Source: a virus (taxonomy: Duplodnaviria > Caudoviricetes). Taken from it: 28,506 nucleotides of DNA. The stretch spans positions 1-28,506 of IMG/VR virus record IMGVR_UViG_3300047511_000092; one strand, given 5' to 3'. Below the pieces are notes generated by a model that had not been told where the DNA came from, did no database searches, and saw only the letters and a program-made list of their open reading frames with translations. Of this stretch, positions 9,829 to 18,102 are shown piece after piece (within the stretch, counting starts at the first letter, position 1; each line of letters opens with the position of its first letter). Made by a program: the position numbers and the translations under genes.

Positions 9829-10223
9829 TTAGAAGGCTTCCTTACAGAAACGTCATACTCTTTATCAGAGTTAAGACCGGGGGGAACAAGCGTGGGATTG
9901 TCTTCAAGAAACTTTGCCATGTTGCTTTGGTGAATGCGCTTTTCAAACAAGTCAAGCGCATCATGCTCCGTGACAAAGGTTTTGAATGAATCCCAGTCTT
10001 GGGTGTAGTACCGTGTCTTGATAGACAAGATCACAGTTCCTTGATCGGTTTTCACCGATTTACTGCCTAGAGCCATCAACTGTTCTTTAAGTGCAGTTTT
10101 GATTTCATCTTGCTGCGCCTTAAGTTCTTCAATCTCAGACTCATATTGTTGAGTAAGCTGTTGAATGCGCGTACGAATTTTTAAGTACACCCGCGCCAGC
10201 TTATCCATAGATACTGTATCCAT
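9825..10223 (-). CDS. Coiled-coil phage replication-module protein (Gam/Gp157-like size and pattern)
   Basis: N-terminal heptad coiled coil followed by SVKTDQGTV...DWDSF; strong RBS (AAGGAG); ATGA overlap with the next gene. Confidence 0.55.
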   Translation of the reverse strand: MDTVSMDKLARVYLKIRTRIQQLTQQYESEIEELKAQQDEIKTALKEQLMALGSKSVKTDQGTVILSIKTRYYTQDWDSFKTFVTEHDALDLFEKRIHQSNMAKFLEDNPTLVPPGLNSDKEYDVSVRKPSK

Positions 10224-10251
10224 ACATACGCTCCTTTTTGTTATGTCAAGA

Positions 10252-10279
10252 ATTATACATGCAATTCGTCATCGTGCAA
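10252..10279 (-). promoter_or_regulatory. Putative sigma70 promoter for the 10223/SSB/HTH/primase genes
   Basis: On the - strand: TTGCAC (10279-10274), 16 nt, TATAAT (10257-10252), at the short intergenic gap after the SNF2 gene. Confidence 0.5.
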
Positions 10280-11831
10280 CCTCCTCTTCATAAAGTTTTA
10301 TCAACATGGCGTGATCTTCTACACGCTCCTCTAGCAGCTTAAACATCTTGCGCTCTATGTCACTGCCTTGTAAGTGAATGACTGTTACTTTGGTTGAGTC
10401 CTGACCAATACGATCTGAGCGAGCGATACATTGTTTATATGTTTCGACAGACATGACTGGACCCCAGAAGATGACAGTATCAGCAGCAGTGAGGGTCACG
10501 CCGTGTGATGCAGCTTGAGGCTGTATCACCAGCACACGCGGTGCGTCTTCAGTCTGAAAGCGTTTGAATATGTCTGTTCTTTTTCTTGGAGACACATCAC
10601 CATGAATCATCTCATTGGTAATGCCGTGCTTGTTGAGATAGCTATGAATTGTGTCGATGCTATGTCTGAACGGCGCAAACACCAGCACCTTGCGCTGTGT
10701 CTCTTCCAGTGCTTCCATGAGTACAGACAGACGCGGCGCACAATCAAACTCCACAACTTCTTTATCGTCGGTGTACGCTGCACCTGCGCTAATCTGCAAT
10801 AACTTACTAACACCCGCAGCAGCGTTGACTGCTGTAATTGTTTCTCCCGCTGCTTGTACTAGCATGAGTTCTTTCAGCAGCATGTAGTATTTTTTCTGTT
10901 GCGGTGTCAGCGGTATATCTCTTGTCTCAACAAGCACAGGAGGTAAGTCTGTACACTGTTCTTTTGTGTAACGTATTGCTGGTTGCAGTGCGTCATACAC
11001 GAGCTGTGCCGCAGATTTTTTTGGAGCCCACTTAAACTGCGTGATTTTATTCATGGTCTTATCACGCCACGCTGTGAAAAAGTTTGGTACACCTGTTGGG
11101 TTAACAAGTTTGGCTAGCCCGTACGCATCAAGCGGTGACTGCGAAGCAGGTGTACCTGTCATCATCCACAGGTATGTGTGTGGCGTGATCAATGAATTGA
11201 GCGCTTTCCATCGACGGGTGCTTATGTTTTTATAAGCGTTTGCTTCGTCAACAATGACCAGATCAAACCGACCGTCAGCTTTTATTTCATTGGCGATCAA
11301 GTTCAAACCGTCATAGTTAATGATGACAAACTCGTAGTCGCCTTGCACCATTTCAATACGTCTTACTGCTTGTTGATGATGAGCAATGATTGCTGTGCGG
11401 TGAATGATGCTTTTACTTATTCCATTCATCCAAGCATCGTGCATGATGGACAGTGGACACAGTATGAGGCAACGTCTTACATAGCCTTTGTTCATTAAGT
11501 AATCAGCAGCCCACAGCGCAGACAGTGTCTTACCCGTGCCGGGATCGTTGAACACAAATGAACGTCGATGTAGTGTTAAGAACGATGCGGTTTCAATCTG
11601 ATGTGCAAACGGCTTGAGCTTTCCCGGCCAATCGTATTTAGCTTTGATCGGTGACGGGACTGCCTTAACACCCAGATTGCGCAAGACGCGCATCTCATCC
11701 AAACCCCAGAACACTAACACTTCATGTAGTCCGGGCGCTACTTCTCCGAGGTTTTTACTTCTTGGTATGACAGTGTATTTGTCAGGCTTGCGCGTCCTGA
11801 GCAGCACTGCTTTGTTGTTTATGATTTGCAT
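10269..11831 (-). CDS. SNF2-family (SF2) helicase/ATPase
   Basis: Q-motif PFAHQ; Walker A DPGTGKT; ILCPLS; Walker B VDEAN; motif III MTGTP; motif V SHGVTLTAA; motif VI QCIARSDRIGQ. Confidence 0.92.
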   Translation of the reverse strand: MQIINNKAVLLRTRKPDKYTVIPRSKNLGEVAPGLHEVLVFWGLDEMRVLRNLGVKAVPSPIKAKYDWPGKLKPFAHQIETASFLTLHRRSFVFNDPGTGKTLSALWAADYLMNKGYVRRCLILCPLSIMHDAWMNGISKSIIHRTAIIAHHQQAVRRIEMVQGDYEFVIINYDGLNLIANEIKADGRFDLVIVDEANAYKNISTRRWKALNSLITPHTYLWMMTGTPASQSPLDAYGLAKLVNPTGVPNFFTAWRDKTMNKITQFKWAPKKSAAQLVYDALQPAIRYTKEQCTDLPPVLVETRDIPLTPQQKKYYMLLKELMLVQAAGETITAVNAAAGVSKLLQISAGAAYTDDKEVVEFDCAPRLSVLMEALEETQRKVLVFAPFRHSIDTIHSYLNKHGITNEMIHGDVSPRKRTDIFKRFQTEDAPRVLVIQPQAASHGVTLTAADTVIFWGPVMSVETYKQCIARSDRIGQDSTKVTVIHLQGSDIERKMFKLLEERVEDHAMLIKLYEEEVAR

Positions 11832-12157
11832 TTTAGTTTGTATAGCGTTACCTGTTCGGCCATGTGGTGGTGGCGTTCTAATAAATTTCTTTTGCTCATT
11901 TCACTCGCAAAACATATATCAAAGATTTCATTTGCCTCCCATGAGTTAACTTGAAACTTTTTAAGGTTGTCGCGCCACCATCCTTCGCCGTAACGTGCGG
12001 TCCACAGAGCAATTAGTTCATCATCACTTGCCGTTGTCAGCCATGTTTTTACTTGGGGGTCGAAGTCTTGTATTGCGTTTCGTAGAAGTTCCTCCACTTC
12101 GGATAGGAACTTCATGGTCGATGTGTTTTCCGCTACGGTCAATACCTTCTTTGTCAT
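11819..12157 (-). CDS. Hypothetical protein (overlaps the HNH gene by 134 nt)
   Basis: 112-aa ORF with AAGGAG 5 nt before the ATG at 12157; fills the gap up to the SNF2 start. Confidence 0.6.
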   Translation of the reverse strand: MTKKVLTVAENTSTMKFLSEVEELLRNAIQDFDPQVKTWLTTASDDELIALWTARYGEGWWRDNLKKFQVNSWEANEIFDICFASEMSKRNLLERHHHMAEQVTLYKLKCKS

Positions 12158-12263
12158 ACATTCTCCTTGCGCGTTGACGCTCGATTTGGTCTTTGGTTTC
12201 TCCAGATTTCTTCTGCAATTTATAAGCGTGTTTGTAATCGCGTTTGCCGTTTACTTGTGTCAT
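12024..12263 (-). CDS. Small HNH-type endonuclease (HNN variant)
   Basis: HIDHEVPIRSGG....N.......N motif; basic N-terminus KRDYK; start re-called at ATG 12263 (RBS AAGGGG, immediately after the stop at 12265). Confidence 0.7.
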   Translation of the reverse strand: MTQVNGKRDYKHAYKLQKKSGETKDQIERQRARRMYDKEGIDRSGKHIDHEVPIRSGGTSTKRNTRLRPPSKNMADNGK

Positions 12264-12264
12264 A

Positions 12265-12924
12265 TCAATACCCCTTATTAAATTCACACGTTTTAACAGG
12301 ACACCACGGACATAGTGGTGTTGCGGTTGGGTTCCACACGTTATTAGCAAACGCTGCTTCAAGACGCGCTACCCGTTCACGATAGTCTTGCCAATAGCTT
12401 GTAGCTTCTTCAAGCATGACCTTGTGCTTGACCATCGAATCCTTTACTACAAATAACAGAGCAGACTTCACCATACGTACGATGGGGAAGTGCGCAAACA
12501 CCATGAGTGACATTAGCGTTAGCTGTTCTTTATCGGGGTACTTGTCTTTACCCGTTTTGTAGTCCACCACCCACGCAGTCAAACTTTCTTCGTCAACAAT
12601 CAACAAGTCAGCAATACCGCGTACCCAACAGTTCTCATCTTTGAAACCACACGGGCGCAAATCAACAGTCAGCCCCATCTCATGCTCAGCGTATTTAGTC
12701 CCCGGCTTGGCAAGCAGCGCATCAATCGTAGGTTGCACAAACGAGAACTGTGGGGGTATGGGGGTGTTATCTTTCACATAATCTTCTGCGGCTTTGTGTA
12801 ACTCCTTACCGTAGCGGATTTGTTCAGTGGGTTTCTGTACGTAATTCTTCAACACACGTACTTCGTGATAACGTCTTGCACACCCTTCAAAATCTTTGAG
12901 TGCTGAGTGGGACCATGCTTTCAT
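12265..12924 (-). CDS. PD-(D/E)xK Cas4/RecB-like exonuclease with probable 4Fe-4S cluster
   Basis: WSHS..K.FE.C at the N-terminus; RGIADLL; VDYKTGK; QL..Y-like QLTLM; C-terminal CPWCPVKTC (1+3 Cys arrangement). Confidence 0.85.
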   Translation of the reverse strand: MKAWSHSALKDFEGCARRYHEVRVLKNYVQKPTEQIRYGKELHKAAEDYVKDNTPIPPQFSFVQPTIDALLAKPGTKYAEHEMGLTVDLRPCGFKDENCWVRGIADLLIVDEESLTAWVVDYKTGKDKYPDKEQLTLMSLMVFAHFPIVRMVKSALLFVVKDSMVKHKVMLEEATSYWQDYRERVARLEAAFANNVWNPTATPLCPWCPVKTCEFNKGY

Positions 12925-13208
12925 TAGAACCTCGCTGACTTGACGATCTGGTGCATTGTCTCTGCAAAGTGCTCAACAAATTGTTCGTCGTTGGATAACT
13001 TAGGGCGCACATGATCAAGGATGACGTGCGTTAACTCGTGCCAAAACGTCAAGGCACGTTCATTTGCTGTAGTGTGTTTGGTCTTGTTGCTGGACGCTAT
13101 AACAATTAAATTGTCCACGGTATAGCCTGTGGTGTAAGGCTCGTCCACGTGTTTAATCTCAATGATGTAGCGCTTGTTACCAACCTTTACTGACTTTGGT
13201 ATTTCCAT
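12924..13208 (-). CDS. Small HExxH zincin-like protein
   Basis: TFWHELTHVIL followed by NDEQFV; 94 aa; RBS AAGGAG. Confidence 0.65.
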   Translation of the reverse strand: MEIPKSVKVGNKRYIIEIKHVDEPYTTGYTVDNLIVIASSNKTKHTTANERALTFWHELTHVILDHVRPKLSNDEQFVEHFAETMHQIVKSARF

Positions 13209-13218
13209 TTACTCTCCT

Positions 13219-15156
13219 TTATTTTGCGTCACCATAACGCTTTGCTGAACTAACTTCTGCTGCCAGAGGTATGCCCTCCATGTACTTCGGTACAACCGTC
13301 ATCTGCTCCAAGACCCACTGCTCTGCCTCTTGTGCATAGGCATCCGGCACGATGGCTACTTCTTCATCGTGCACGGTTAAACACACTGAGTACCTCTTTT
13401 GAGTTCTCAGCATTCCATCAGTCATAACAATACGAGCTAGCGCCTGAACGATGTTTTCGGTCAGCTTCCCACCGTACAGCTTGGTCTCGTCGGGGCCATA
13501 CACCACCCCCTTCTCTTTCGAGAATTTGATGTCAGGATAGCGCAGCTTCATGCCGTTTGGCAAGAGAATTTGTTCTTTACTGAACGTTAACCCCTTGTAT
13601 TTGTACTCGTTACCTCCAAGCAGGCAGTGATCAATTGATGACTGGCATAACGCCCAAAAGTCTGTGACGGGCTGTGCAGCACGTCGGTACTTGTCAATAA
13701 TTGCTTTAGCAGCTAGGGCGTGTACCAGCAGCTCTTGGTCAGTGCATGTATGCGGGATTTTCTCCAGACGCTTCATAGCTTCTTTGTCATTAACGAAGCG
13801 TTGGGCATCTACTCCAGTTACACCAACTTGTTTAGCAAAAGCTTTGTCGTACCGCATGGGGGGTGCGCCAAGGAATCCCGTCAACAACTGCGCAGCAAAC
13901 GACGCCCATCCCATGCCATAACCTGCGCCCAGTAGTGCTGATTTGGCAGACTGCCGTAAGTCAGGGTGACTCTCCTTGGACAGGTCAGGTATGCCAAACA
14001 TCTGTGCACCAAACGCGGCGTATGCGTCTTGACCACTCCTAAAGATCTCTAGCAGTGCATCGTATCCACTGATCCATGCAAGCACCCGTGGTTCAATCTG
14101 GGAAAGATCACAGACAACGAGGCTGTGTCCTTCAGGGGCAAGGATAGCCCGACGTAGAAAAGATTTACGCTTGAGGTTCTGTAGGTTTAATCCTGAACCT
14201 TTACTTGCTGACCACCTCCCTGTGTGCGCTCCGTAATAGTTGAGGGGCACAGGCAGCGTACCTCTTGAGGCTATATCCACGAATCGTTGCGCACGAGTGC
14301 GCTCAAGTGTGGACTTAACTTTTAACCGCGCCTCGCACAGCAGTGCTACTTCTTCCTCTGAGCTGTTGAGCAACGCTTGAAACAGCGCGTCATTTTTAGC
14401 GAACGCATAGGCTGTCTTACCCGTGGTCTTACTTATTTTTGTCGGGGGCTCCACGCCTAATGCACGAAGTAAATCAGCAAACTTGTCGTTACTTGCCAGT
14501 GCTGCCTCCTCCACCCCCAGACGCGTCAGCAGCGCTTTGCGCTTGTGTTCTTCCTCCTCAATAGCTTGTGTCAGCATCTCAACGTCCAGCATCAGCCGAG
14601 GCTGCGTGAACATCTTCAGCGTCATATCAATCAGCTTGAGTTCCTTGGCAGGGTATCCCTTGACCAGACGGTTAAACACCTGCTCGCACAGGAAGGTGTC
14701 GTGCGCACAATACTCAGCAAGCTCTTTCTCAATCTCAGGGGTCAGCTCCTCCAAACCATCTGTGCTGTGTACTGCCTGACCTTTAGGCGGCAAGCCAAAC
14801 TCCTGCGCCAGCTTAGCCAAACTGTTTCCCACCTCCACACCACGCAGCGCCCGTGCCATTGACAGTGAATCAAAGATCAGCGCAGGATGCGCTCCGTATC
14901 GCCATGACAATATCGCCACATCAAACTGCGCGTTGTGCGCCAATACTGCTGTGTCTGCCCAATCGACGGATGCTACGAACTCAGTAATATCTTTGTGAGA
15001 AATCCACAAAGGATCATCATCTGAACCCAGCTCTTTAACGCACAACCCAAATGCTTTGAACCGCTCGTCCCTGATGTACTGCTCAGTAGTTAACTTACTC
15101 AGTGTGTAATCTTTACGATCCCATCGTGTTTCAAAGTCAATCACTAATGTTTTCAT
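13219..15156 (-). CDS. polA: Family A DNA polymerase with 3'-5' exonuclease
   Basis: ExoI IDFET, ExoII HNAQFD, ExoIII YCAHD; HTGRWS; motif A DLSQIEPR; motif B RQSAKSALLGAGYG; motif C TVHDE. Confidence 0.95.
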   Translation of the reverse strand: MKTLVIDFETRWDRKDYTLSKLTTEQYIRDERFKAFGLCVKELGSDDDPLWISHKDITEFVASVDWADTAVLAHNAQFDVAILSWRYGAHPALIFDSLSMARALRGVEVGNSLAKLAQEFGLPPKGQAVHSTDGLEELTPEIEKELAEYCAHDTFLCEQVFNRLVKGYPAKELKLIDMTLKMFTQPRLMLDVEMLTQAIEEEEHKRKALLTRLGVEEAALASNDKFADLLRALGVEPPTKISKTTGKTAYAFAKNDALFQALLNSSEEEVALLCEARLKVKSTLERTRAQRFVDIASRGTLPVPLNYYGAHTGRWSASKGSGLNLQNLKRKSFLRRAILAPEGHSLVVCDLSQIEPRVLAWISGYDALLEIFRSGQDAYAAFGAQMFGIPDLSKESHPDLRQSAKSALLGAGYGMGWASFAAQLLTGFLGAPPMRYDKAFAKQVGVTGVDAQRFVNDKEAMKRLEKIPHTCTDQELLVHALAAKAIIDKYRRAAQPVTDFWALCQSSIDHCLLGGNEYKYKGLTFSKEQILLPNGMKLRYPDIKFSKEKGVVYGPDETKLYGGKLTENIVQALARIVMTDGMLRTQKRYSVCLTVHDEEVAIVPDAYAQEAEQWVLEQMTVVPKYMEGIPLAAEVSSAKRYGDAK

Positions 15157-15386
15157 TGCAACGTCCTATGGGGGCTCATGTCCTCCACAATTATTGTTTT
15201 CATTTTCTGTAGCGCCTGCATGATGAGATCCACCATGTCCTCCATGTCAGCGTTGAGTCCTATCATGCTCAGACGACCTGATTCAGGATCAGCCACGATA
15301 AGTATCCCCACACCCTCCTTGTTGATGGCGCTCTCTAACAACTCATGCGCCATCTCACTCGCATCCGATTGCTTTAATGGTGTCAT
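15153..15386 (-). CDS. Hypothetical protein
   Basis: 77 aa; GAGGAG RBS 7 nt upstream; ATGA overlap with the polymerase start. Confidence 0.7.
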   Translation of the reverse strand: MTPLKQSDASEMAHELLESAINKEGVGILIVADPESGRLSMIGLNADMEDMVDLIMQALQKMKTIIVEDMSPHRTLQ

Positions 15387-15642
15387 TGATGTTCTCCTCG
15401 TTAATGACGACTGCTACTCCACCTGCTGCCCTAATACGCGCAATGTGCGCGTCTTGTAGGGGTGTGGTCTTATTCTTTCCTGCTTTGCACTCAATGGCAA
15501 TGAAGCGTCCATTGTGGCAACAAATGATGTCTGGTATGCCTGACATACCGAAACCACCCGTCACAGGAAAGAAGTAATACACCCCGTACTGTTTAAGGAT
15601 CTTGACGACTTTGTCTTTGACCTTACCCTCTGGTGTTCTCAA
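15355..15642 (-). CDS. VRR-NUC domain nuclease (Holliday junction resolvase-like)
   Basis: TPEGKVK; GIPDII; FIAIECKA; TPLQ; GG.A.V. Confidence 0.88.
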   Translation of the reverse strand: MRTPEGKVKDKVVKILKQYGVYYFFPVTGGFGMSGIPDIICCHNGRFIAIECKAGKNKTTPLQDAHIARIRAAGGVAVVINEENINDTIKAIGCE

Positions 15643-15848
15643 AACGGAGCCTCCTCAATATCTTGTAAGTCTTCATGCTTGTCACGCTTAACAACTTGTA
15701 GCTGAGCGCGAGGCAGAAACACATAGTGCGGGAAAGGCCAGCCGTTACTGGTAGGTACGCGCAAGCACACGAACCCATCCTCATCCACCTTAACAACGTA
15801 GCCAATCTCGCCTGTTGATTTGATCTTTACTTTTGTATCAGGGTTCAC
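15639..15848 (-). CDS. Small SH3/KOW-like beta-barrel hypothetical protein
   Basis: Start re-called at GTG 15848 (GGAGG upstream); KVKIKSTGEIGYVVKVD beta-strand pattern; TGA overlaps the VRR-NUC ATG. Confidence 0.55.
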   Translation of the reverse strand: MNPDTKVKIKSTGEIGYVVKVDEDGFVCLRVPTSNGWPFPHYVFLPRAQLQVVKRDKHEDLQDIEEAPF

Positions 15849-16071
15849 GTGTTTTTCCTCCTGCTGCTTTCCAACCTTGACGAAAACCTTCATGCCAAGC
15901 TTTCTCCCAACAGATACACCATAAGTTATACGACCCATCGATTGGGAACGGGAACTCTTCTTTGTATTTCATCATGGTTTTAACATCTTTGCGTCTGATA
16001 AATACTGCCCATGCTTTATCCCGTTTTGGGTCACTAACTGGTATGTCATCAAACAGTCCTTTCTTGCTCAT
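15838..16071 (-). CDS. Hypothetical protein
   Basis: 77 aa; ATGA coupling to the upstream gene; GGAG RBS. Confidence 0.65.
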   Translation of the reverse strand: MSKKGLFDDIPVSDPKRDKAWAVFIRRKDVKTMMKYKEEFPFPIDGSYNLWCICWEKAWHEGFRQGWKAAGGKTREP

Positions 16072-16295
16072 GTAATTTTCTCCAGTAATAGTTGTTTAAT
16101 ATGTTCTGGAACTTTCGGTAATGGTGCCCAAGCCACAGCCCAGTCAGCCCACGTACCAACGATGCACACACCACCGGGGTTTAACAGCAATATCTTTACA
16201 CCAGTGGGTGGTGTGTCTTCTTCTGGCGTACGCCAAAACGCGTTACCAGATAAATAGGACGTGGCTTTCTGAAACATGTTGTGGTCGCCACTCAT
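16068..16295 (-). CDS. DUF551-like small phage protein
   Basis: W......PP.G.KILL ... AWAPLP.P pattern. Confidence 0.55.
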   Translation of the reverse strand: MSGDHNMFQKATSYLSGNAFWRTPEEDTPPTGVKILLLNPGGVCIVGTWADWAVAWAPLPKVPEHIKQLLLEKIT

Positions 16296-16513
16296 TGCTC
16301 ACCCCTTGCTCGGATTGCTTGCGCGGCCACCTTTGTAATGTCTGACGCATATTCAGGATGTACAGCAAGCACATCACAAACCTTCGCACACGCCTCACGT
16401 TCATGCGCGGCGACAAGGGTGGCGAAGCGTGTTACAGAACCTAATGGCTTTTCGTCAGATCCGTAAGCCAATCCAGCCTCCCGCGCCATGCGGATTATTT
16501 CTTCTCTGTCCAT
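16292..16513 (-). CDS. Hypothetical phage protein (IIRMAREAG...EREACAK...AIRARG family)
   Basis: Motif pattern I recall from betaproteobacterial phages; paralogous to the upstream neighbour. Confidence 0.7.
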   Translation of the reverse strand: MDREEIIRMAREAGLAYGSDEKPLGSVTRFATLVAAHEREACAKVCDVLAVHPEYASDITKVAAQAIRARGEQ

Positions 16514-16770
16514 GATTCTTCCCCTTCTTTGTTACTCCATTCTTGCCACCTTGCTGCGATGAGATCTAACAAATGTTTAAGCAGCGATTGATCTGAATCA
16601 GATAAATCATCTCTACCTGCGTACTCAAACAGCAAGTTCCATATAGCTTCGCGCTCATGCTCGGCAACAAGATATGCAAAGTATTCAAGCTGATAAAAAG
16701 CATGAACAACCCCGTTGGAATCAGCAAGCCCTGCTTCTCTAGCCATTCGGATAACAGCTTCTCTATCCAT
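16495..16770 (-). CDS. Hypothetical phage protein, paralogue of 16292..16513
   Basis: MDREAVIRMAREAGLA...LVAEHEREA versus MDREEIIRMAREAGLA...LVAAHEREA. Confidence 0.7.
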   Translation of the reverse strand: MDREAVIRMAREAGLADSNGVVHAFYQLEYFAYLVAEHEREAIWNLLFEYAGRDDLSDSDQSLLKHLLDLIAARWQEWSNKEGEESWTEKK

Positions 16771-16783
16771 GATTCTTCTCCTT
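16501..16783. repeat. 26-bp direct repeat (24/26 identical) spanning RBS + start of two consecutive genes (16501-16526 and 16758-16783)
   Basis: cttctct(g/a)tccatgattcttc(c/t)cctt. Confidence 0.85.
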
Positions 16784-17182
16784 TAGCTTGGCTTCGATGG
16801 CGCAAGCAAAATTACCCCAGTGCTGATTTCCTGAATGGATCTCTTGTATTTCATAAGCCGTCAGCCCAACCCATTCACGCTTTGGAATTACTTTTTCGTG
16901 GTATGTTTGATCGTTCATTACTGCCATAGCAAGTGACTGGCAGGTTTGGCATGGTGCGGTGTATAGAGGTGTCCATCGCTCAGGATGACGGCCAATATCT
17001 GCTGGTATGTGCGTGATGACATTACCTTCAATAACGTTGTGCATCCACGCCACCGGCTCTTGCTCTGTCTCCAGTGCTTGGCGCAGTGCGGTAATGGCTT
17101 GCTTTCTACTAACAAGCCCAGCATGACTTATTGGATCACTCTCCAACGCCTCAAGCGCCTGCTTCATAGCTTCTCTGCTCAT
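16763..17182 (-). CDS. Hypothetical mosaic phage protein (QALEALE / QEPVAW / PLYTAP / WVGLT / AIEAKLKEKN blocks)
   Basis: Recognisable short blocks typical of phage accessory proteins; coupled overlaps at both ends. Confidence 0.7.
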   Translation of the reverse strand: MSREAMKQALEALESDPISHAGLVSRKQAITALRQALETEQEPVAWMHNVIEGNVITHIPADIGRHPERWTPLYTAPCQTCQSLAMAVMNDQTYHEKVIPKREWVGLTAYEIQEIHSGNQHWGNFACAIEAKLKEKNHG

Positions 17183-17443
17183 GATTTCTCCCCTGTTGCT
17201 TTAGCGATGGCTTCATGAGCCTCGCGTTCTATCGTCTTGGACCAGTGCCCGTTATCTAGCAAGCATATGTTGAGGATCGTGTTGAGTGCCTTCAGCAGAT
17301 CCTGATTGACCTCATGCAATCGGCGCAGTTCAACGGCTGATTCCCTGCCCGTGCTATTGCTTATTCGTCCTTGCACAAACTCAGCGTCCAGCGCATCAGC
17401 CAGCCGCAAGGCTTCGGGTTGTTTCATAGCTTCTCTGCTCATG
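17163..17443. repeat. 21-bp exact direct repeat at two consecutive gene starts (17163-17183 and 17423-17443)
   Basis: ttcatagcttctctgctcatg occurs twice; both genes start MSREAMKQ. Confidence 0.9.
17179..17442 (-). CDS. Hypothetical phage protein (EALRLADAL...ELRRLH...AIAKATG)
   Basis: 87 aa; ATGA coupling on both sides. Confidence 0.7.
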   Translation of the reverse strand: MSREAMKQPEALRLADALDAEFVQGRISNSTGRESAVELRRLHEVNQDLLKALNTILNICLLDNGHWSKTIEREAHEAIAKATGEKS

Positions 17444-17624
17444 CCCTATCCCCCGCATGTTGTTTCCATGTTTCCTTCTCCTTCATGCGCTGCTCGTACA
17501 CTTCCATTAACAACTCTGCTGCTTCTTTAATCTTGAACTTCTCAGCAGTACAGTAGTCAGGCAAGCCCTCGGCGTAACCCTCAAGCCATGCGGCCAACAT
17601 GGCGAACCTATGCGCGGGACTCAT
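17439..17624 (-). CDS. Hypothetical protein
   Basis: 61 aa; ATGA overlaps at both ends; GAGG RBS. Confidence 0.65.
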   Translation of the reverse strand: MSPAHRFAMLAAWLEGYAEGLPDYCTAEKFKIKEAAELLMEVYEQRMKEKETWKQHAGDRA

Positions 17625-17866
17625 TCCTCACTCCTCTTCATAAAAGGAGGCTCGTCTGCGTTGTTCAGTATCCGTGCAATCTCACGGTCGATATACCAAC
17701 GTGCTTTACGCAAGTCCTCAACCTGCTCACCTTTCAGGCCAGCTCGCCATAAATATTTAATAGCATTTCCTACACAGAAATTCATATGCTCGGTAATCTC
17801 GATACACTCGACACCGCTAGGGTGCTCGGTGTAATGCTTGGGGTGATTAACGGGGTCGTGGTTCAT
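17621..17866 (-). CDS. DUF3310 (SaV-like) protein
   Basis: DPVNHPKHY...ECI...F..GNAIKY.WR...K....EDLRKA.WY; start re-called at 17866 (GGAGG RBS, ATGA overlap). Confidence 0.88.
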   Translation of the reverse strand: MNHDPVNHPKHYTEHPSGVECIEITEHMNFCVGNAIKYLWRAGLKGEQVEDLRKARWYIDREIARILNNADEPPFMKRSEE

Positions 17867-18102
17867 AAAATCCTCCATCCTTTCACTTCATCAGTCCATG
17901 ATCGTTTCCATAACTGCATCGTCGTAAGACGTGCGTGTGCTTCTGCTAACTCAGTCGTGGTGTACTCCTCACGCTTTGTCCAATGCCCCGGCCCTACCCA
18001 TTTATGTTTGTCGGTGTAGTGTGGGTAGTACGGCACACCGCGCAAAATAAATATAGGTTGTGTTTCTGTGTCTGCTGCTTTATTTAGATTCATCAAACTC
18101 AT
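17863..18102 (-). CDS. Hypothetical protein
   Basis: 79 aa; coupled overlaps. Confidence 0.65.
   Translation of the reverse strand: MSLMNLNKAADTETQPIFILRGVPYYPHYTDKHKWVGPGHWTKREEYTTTELAEAHARLTTMQLWKRSWTDEVKGWRIL

Noticed and set aside
10211-10230. Possible SOS box near the start of the 132-aa gene, and another near 24600-24625
   Set aside because: Neither fits CTGT-N8-ACAG spacing.
12265-12924. Cas4-like nuclease as a sign of CRISPR-Cas
   Set aside because: No cas1/cas2 and no regularly spaced repeat-spacer array; stand-alone Cas4-like exonucleases are normal in phage replication modules.
5573-15156. Inteins, introns or stop-codon recoding in the replication genes
   Set aside because: Polymerase, helicase and primase are contiguous and of normal length in the standard code, with no intein splice motifs noticed.
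16292-17443. Diversity-generating retroelement (template/variable repeat pair)
   Set aside because: The repeats are only 21-26 bp, lie at gene starts, and no reverse transcriptase is present in the window.
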